From Auanema rhodensis (Eukaryota > Animalia > Nematoda): 64,000 bases of DNA. Within the stretch, counting starts at the first letter, position 1. Every line of letters begins with the position of its first letter. A model generated the notes under the pieces. It was not told the DNA's origin. It saw nothing but the letters and a program-made list of their open reading frames with translations, and made no database searches. The translations under genes and the position numbers were made by a program. Of the stretch, positions 57,301 through 64,000 are shown piece after piece. The DNA is taken from positions 12,214,001 to 12,278,000 of the forward strand of contig OZ059895.1 of the NCBI GenBank assembly GCA_964057225.1, written 5' to 3'.

Positions 57301-60300
57301 TCTATCTATTTCCTATTGAAACAAACAATGTTTTAACACTATACAACTGTGAAACCTTTTTTAATTTATTGTATTTGGAGCTCATAAGATTCAATATCAT
57401 CGAGGGATTTAGATGTAACGTGGAAAATTACATAACTAACATGAAATTGGAAAATAAGCAATAACGAGGATAAATATGTAAATCATTGAATAACAGATAT
57501 TTTCGCTTACGACCATACCACATTGAAAATACGCCATGCACCTGATTTTCAATTTTATCTCTTCCGTAACAAATGTTTTCAATTTTCCAGCAGTTTTACT
57601 TAGATAGCTCAACCCAAGGCATCAAAATATCTTCAATCTTATTTCTATATTACATTTATAAACCAGTAGTTCATGAACCTTCATCTTAACTTTACTGTTT
57701 CTATCTATTTCCTATTGAAACAAACATTGTTTTAACACTATACAACTGTGAAACCTTTTTTAATTTATTGTATTTGGAGCTCATAAGATTTGATATCATC
57801 GAGGGATTTAGATGTAACGTAGAAAATTACATAACTAACATGAAATTGGGAAAAAAACAATAACGAGGATAAGTATGTAAATCATTGAATATCAGATATT
57901 TTCGCTTACGACCATACCACGTTGAAAGTACGCCATCCCGTCCGATCTGGCAAGTCAAGCAACGTTGGGCCCGGTTAGTACTTGGATCGGAGACGGCTTG
58001 GGAATCCCGGGTGCCGTAAGCTTTTCAAATTTTTTTAACGATCATGCCACGTTGAAAGTACGCCATGCAGCTGATTTTCAATTTTATCTCTTCCGTAACA
58101 AATGTTTTCAATTCTCCAGCAGTTTTACTTAGATAGCTAAACCCAAGGCATCAAAATATCTTCAATCTTATTTCTATATTACATTTATAAACCAGTAGTT
58201 CATGAACCTTCATCTTAACTTTATTGTTTCTATCTATTTCCTATTGAAACAAACAATGTTTTAACACTATACAACTGTGAAACCTTTTTTAATTTATTGT
58301 ATTTGGAGCTCATAAGATTCAATATCATCGAGGGATTTAGATGTAGTGTGGAAAATTACATAACTAACATGAAATTGGAAAATAAGCAATAACGAGGATA
58401 AATATGTAAATCATTGAATAACAGATATTTTCGCTTACGACCATACCACGTTGAAAATACGCCATGCAGCTGATTTTCAATTTTATCTCTTCCGTAACAA
58501 ATGTTTTCAATTTTCCAGCAGTTTTACTTAGATAGCTCAACCCAAGGCATCAAAATATCTTCAATCTTATTTCTATATTACAGTTATAAACCAGTAGTTT
58601 ATGAACCTTAATCTTAACTTTACTGTTTCTATCTATTTCCTATTGAATTAAACATTGTTTTAACACTATACAACTGTGAAACCTTTTTTAATTTATTGTA
58701 TTTGGAGCTCATAAGATTTGATATCATCGAGTGATTTAGATGTAACGTAGAAAATTACATAACTAACATGAAATTGGAAAAAAAACAATAACGAGGATAA
58801 GTATGTAAAACATTGAATATCAGATATTTTCGCTTACGACCATACCACGTTGAAAGTACGCCATCCCGTCCGATCTGGCAAGTCAAGCAACGTTGGGCCC
58901 GGTTAGTACTTGGATCGGAGACCGCTTGGGAATCCCGGGTGCCGTAAGCTTTTCAAATTTTTTTAACGATCATGCCACGTTGAAAGTACGCCATGCAGCT
59001 GATTTTCAATTTTATCTCTTTCGTAACAAATGTTTTCAATTTTCCAGCAGTTTTACTTAGATAGCTCAACCCAAGGCATCAAAATATCTTCAATCTTATT
59101 TCTATATTACAGTTATAAACCAGTAGTTTATGAACCTTAATCTTAACTTTACTGTTTCTATCTATTTCCTATTGAAACAAACAATGTTTTAACACTATAC
59201 AACTGTGAAACCTTTTTTAATTTATTGTATTTGGAGCTCATAAGATTCAATATCATCGAGGGATTTAGATGTAACGTGGAAAATTACATAACTAACATGA
59301 AATTGGAAAATAAGCAATAACGAGGATAAATATGTAAATCATTGAATAACAGATATTTTCGCTTACGACCATACCACATTGAAAATACGCCATGCACCTG
59401 ATTTTCAATTTTATCTCTTCCGTAACAAATGTTTTCAATTTTCCAGCAGTTTTACTTAGATAGCTCAACCCAAGGCATCAAAATATCTTCAATCTTATTT
59501 CTATATTACATTTATAAACCAGTAGTTCATGAACCTTCATCTTAACTTTATTGTTTCTATCTATTTCCTATTGAAACAAACATTGTTTAAACACTATACA
59601 ACTGTGAAACCTTTTTTAATTTATTGTATTTAAAGCTCATAAGATTTGATATCATCGAGGGATTTAGATGTAACGTGGAAAATTACATAACTAACATGAA
59701 ATTGGAATATAAGCAATAACGAGGATGAATATGTAAATCATTGAATAACAGATATTTTCGCTTACGACCATACCACGTTGAAAATACGCCATGCAGCTGA
59801 TTTTCAATTTTATCTCTTCCGTAACAAATGTTTTCAATTTTTCAGCAGTTTTACTTAGATAGCTCAACCCAAGGCATCAAAATATCTTCAATCTTATTTC
59901 TATATTACAGTTATAAACCAGTAGTTTATGAACCTTAATCTTAACTTTACTGTTTCTATCTATTTCCTATTGAAACAAACATTGTTTTAACACTATACAA
60001 CTGTGAAACCTTTTTTAATTTATTGTATTTGGAGCTCATAAGATTTGATATCATCGAGGGATTTAGATGTAACGTAGAAAATTACATAACTAACATGAAA
60101 TTGGGAAAAAAACAATAACGAGGATAAGTATGTAAATCATTGAATATCAGATATTTTCGCTTACGACCATACCACGTTGAAAGTACGCCATCCCGTCCGA
60201 TCTGGCAAGTCAAGCAACGTTGGGCCCGGTTAGTACTTGGATCGGAGACGGCTTGGGAATCCCGGGTGCCGTAAGCTTTTCAAATTTTTTTAACGATCAT

Positions 60301-62942
60301 GCCACGTTGAAAGTACGCCATGCAGCTGATTTTCAATTTTATCTCTTCCGTAACAAATGTTTTCAATTCTCCAGCAGTTTTACTTAGATAGCTAAACCCA
60401 AGGCATCAAAATATCTTCAATCTTATTTCTATATTACATTTATAAACCAGTAGTTCATGAACCTTCATCTTAACTTTATTGTTTCTATCTATTTCCTATT
60501 GAAACAAACATTGTTTAAACACTATACAACTGTGAAACCTTTTTTAATTTATTGTATTTGGAGCTCATAAGATTTGATATCATCGAGGGATTTAGATGTA
60601 ACGTAGAAAATTACATAACTAACATGAAATTGGAAAAAAAACAATAACGAGGATAAGTATGTAAAACATTGAATATCAGATATTTTCGCTTACGACCATA
60701 CCACGTTGAAAGTACGCCATCCCGTCCGATCTGGCAAGTCAAGCAACGTTGGGCCCGGTTAGTACTTGGATCGGAGACGGCTTGGGAATCCCGGGTGCCG
60801 TAAGCTTTTCAAATTTTTTTAACGATCATGCCACGTTGAAAGTACGCCATGCAGCTGATTTTCAATTTTATCTCTTCCGTAACAAATGTTTTCAATTCTC
60901 CAGCAGTTTTACTTAGATAGCTAAACCCAAGGCATCAAAATATCTTCAATCTTATTTCTTTATTACAGTTATAAACCAGTAGTTTATGAACCTTCATCTT
61001 AACTTTACTGTTTCTATCTATTTCCTATTGAAACAAACGTTGTTTAAACACTATACAACTGTGAAACCTTTTTTAATTTATTGTATTTGGAGCTCATAAG
61101 ATTCAATATCATTGAGGGATTTAGATGTAACGTGGAAAATTACATAACTAACATGAAATTGGAAAATAAGCAATAACGAGGATAAATATGTAAATCATTG
61201 AATAACAGATATTTTCGCTTACGACCATACCACGTTGAAAATACGCCATGCAGCTGATTTTCAATTTTATCTCTTCCGTAACAAATGTTTTCAATTCTCC
61301 AGCAGTTTTACTTAGATAGCTAAACCCAAGGCATCAAAATATCTTCAATCTTATTTCTATATTACATTTATAAACCAGTAGTTCATGAACCTTCATCTTA
61401 ACTTTATTGTTTCTATCTATTTCCTATTGAAACAAACAATGTTTTAACACTATACAACTGTGAAACCTTTTTTAATTTATTGTATTTGGAGCTCATAAGA
61501 TTCAATATCATCGAGGGATTTAGATGTAGTGTGGAAAATTACATAACTAACATGAAATTGGAAAATAAGCAATAACGAGGATAAATATGTAAATCATTGA
61601 ATAACAGATATTTTCGCTTACGACCATACCACATTGAAAATACGCCATGCACCTGATTTTCAATTTTATCTCTTCCGTAACAAATGTTTTCAATTTTCCA
61701 GCAGTTTTACTTAGATAGCTCAACCCAAGGCATCAAAATATCTTCAATCTTATTTCTATATTACATTTATAAACCAGTAGTTCATGAACCTTCATCTTAA
61801 CTTTATTGTTTCTATCTATTTCCTATTGAAACAAACATTGTTTAAACACTATACAACTGTGAAACCTTTTTTAATTTATTGTATTTGGAGCTCATAAGAT
61901 TTGATATCATCGAGGGATTTAGATGTAACGTAGAAAATTACATAACTAACATGAAATTGGGAAAAAAACAATAACGAGGATAAGTATGTAAATCATTGAA
62001 TATCAGATATTTTCGCTTACGACCATACCACGTTGAAAGTACGCCATCCCGTCCGATCTGGCAAGTCAAGCAACGTTGGGCCCGGTTAGTACTTGGATCG
62101 GAGACGGCTTGGGAATCCCGGGTGCCGTAAGCTTTTCAAATTTTTTTAACGATCATGCCACGTTGAAAGTACGCCATGCAGCTGATTTTCAATTTTATCT
62201 CTTCCGTAACAAATGTTTTCAATTCTCCAGCAGTTTTACTTAGATAGCTAAACCCAAGGCATCAAAATATCTTCAATCTTATTTCTATATTACATTTATA
62301 AACCAGTAGTTCATGAACCTTCATCTTAACTTTATTGTTTCTATCTATTTCCTATTGAAACAAACAATGTTTTAACACTATACAACTGTGAAACCTTTTT
62401 TAATTTATTGTATTTGGAGCTCATAAGATTCAATATCATCGAGGGATTTAGATGTAGTGTGGAAAATTACATAACTAACATGAAATTGGAAAATAAGCAA
62501 TAACGAGGATAAATATGTAAATCATTGAATAACAGATATTTTCGCTTACGACCATACCACATTGAAAATACGCCATGCACCTGATTTTCAATTTTATCTC
62601 TTCCGTAACAAATGTTTTCAATTTTCCAGCAGTTTTACTTAGATAGCTCAACCCAAGCCATCAAAATATCTTCAATCTTATTTCTATATTACATTTATAA
62701 ACCAGTAGTTCATGAACCTTCATCTTAACTTTATTGTTTCTATCTATTTCCTATTGAAACAAACATTGTTTAAACACTATACAACTGTGAAACCTTTTTT
62801 AATTTATTGTATTTGGAGCTCATAAGATTTGATATCATCGAGGGATTTAGATGTAACGTAGAAAATTACATAACTAACATGAAATTGGAAAAAAAACAAT
62901 AACGAGGATAAGTATGTAAAACATTGAATATCAGATATTTTC

Positions 62943-63061
62943 GCTTACGACCATACCACGTTGAAAGTACGCCATCCCGTCCGATCTGGCAAGTCAAGCA
63001 ACGTTGGGCCCGGTTAGTACTTGGATCGGAGACCGCTTGGGAATCCCGGGTGCCGTAAGCT
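62943..63061 (+). rRNA. 5S rRNA (last full copy, GAGACCGC variant)
   Basis: Full 119-nt copy. Confidence 0.93.
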
Positions 63062-64000
63062 TTTCAAATTTTTTTAACGATCATGCCACGTTGAAAGTAC
63101 GCCATGCAGCTGATTTTCAATTTCATCTCTTTTGTAACAAATGTTTTCAATTTTCCAGCAGTTTTACTTAGATAGCTAAACCCAAGGCATCAAAATATCT
63201 TCAATCTTATTTCTTTATTACAGTTATAAACCAGTAGTTTATGAACCTTCATCTTAACTTTACTGTTTCTATCTATTTCCTATTGAAACAAACGTTGTTT
63301 AAACACTATACAACTGTGAAACCTTTTTTAATTTATTGTATTTGGAGCTCATAAGATTCAATATCATCGAGGGATTTAGATGTAACGTGGAAAATTACAT
63401 AACTAACATGAAATTGGAAAATAAGCAATAACGAGGATAAATATGTAAATCATTGAATAACAGATATTTTCGCTTACGACCATACCACGTTGAAAATACG
63501 CCATGCAGCTGATTTTCAATTTTATCTCTTCCGTAACAAATGTTTTCAATTCTCCAGCAGTTTTACTTAGATAGCTAAACCCAAGGCATCAAAATATCTT
63601 CAATCTTATTTCTATATTACATTTATAAACCAGTAGTTCATGAACCTTCATCTTAACTTTATTGTTTCTATCTATTTCCTATTGAAACAAACAATGTTTT
63701 AACACTATACAACTGTGAAACCTTTTTTAATTTATTGTATTTGGAGCTCATAAGATTCAATATCATCGAGGGATTTAGATGTAGTGTGGAAAATTACATA
63801 ACTAACATGAAATTGGAAAATAAGCAATAACGAGGATAAATATGTAAATCATTGAATAACAGATATTTTCGCTTACGACCATACCACATTGAAAATACGC
63901 CATGCACCTGATTTTCAATTTTATCTCTTCCGTAACAAATGTTTTCAATTTTCCAGCAGTTTTACTTAGATAGCTCAACCCAAGGCATCAAAATATCTTC

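Larger units (their letters stand above)
54088..64000 (+). repeat. 5S rDNA array, segment 4 (full and truncated units largely alternating)
   Basis: Full 5S at 54190, 55119, 56047, 56976, 57904, 58832, 60159, 60688, 62015, 62943; truncated at 54719, 55648, 56576, 57505, 58433, 59361, 59760, 61217, 61616, 62544, 63472, 63871. Confidence 0.96.

Overview
Eukaryotic, most likely nematode, 5S rDNA tandem array on the + strand. By hand count it holds about 64 full 119-nt 5S genes in ~529-bp units and about 29 truncated ~399-bp units carrying only the first 33 nt of 5S. Three young mobile elements interrupt it. (1) 22364-29843: an internally deleted Ty3/Gypsy-type LTR element with apparently identical 366-bp LTRs. 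(2) 33759-35042: an intact Hsmar1-like (cecropia-type) mariner. (3) 43941-54087: a full-length Ty3/Gypsy LTR element with apparently identical 381-bp LTRs. The main finding is the architecture of the two related LTR elements. One uninterrupted ORF is ordered Gag - internal signal peptide - Cys-rich, furin-cleavable, gB/class III-like envelope glycoprotein - TM anchor with a PTAP tail - protease - RT - RNase H - integrase. Env therefore lies between gag and pol in a single membrane-threaded polyprotein. Both elements have non-canonical LTR ends (...AACG), a tRNA-Gln-type PBS and 4-bp TSDs, and both sit 70-102 bp upstream of a 5S gene. Element 1 also carries a probable intron-containing antisense accessory gene. 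All family assignments come from motif recognition by eye; no searches were run.
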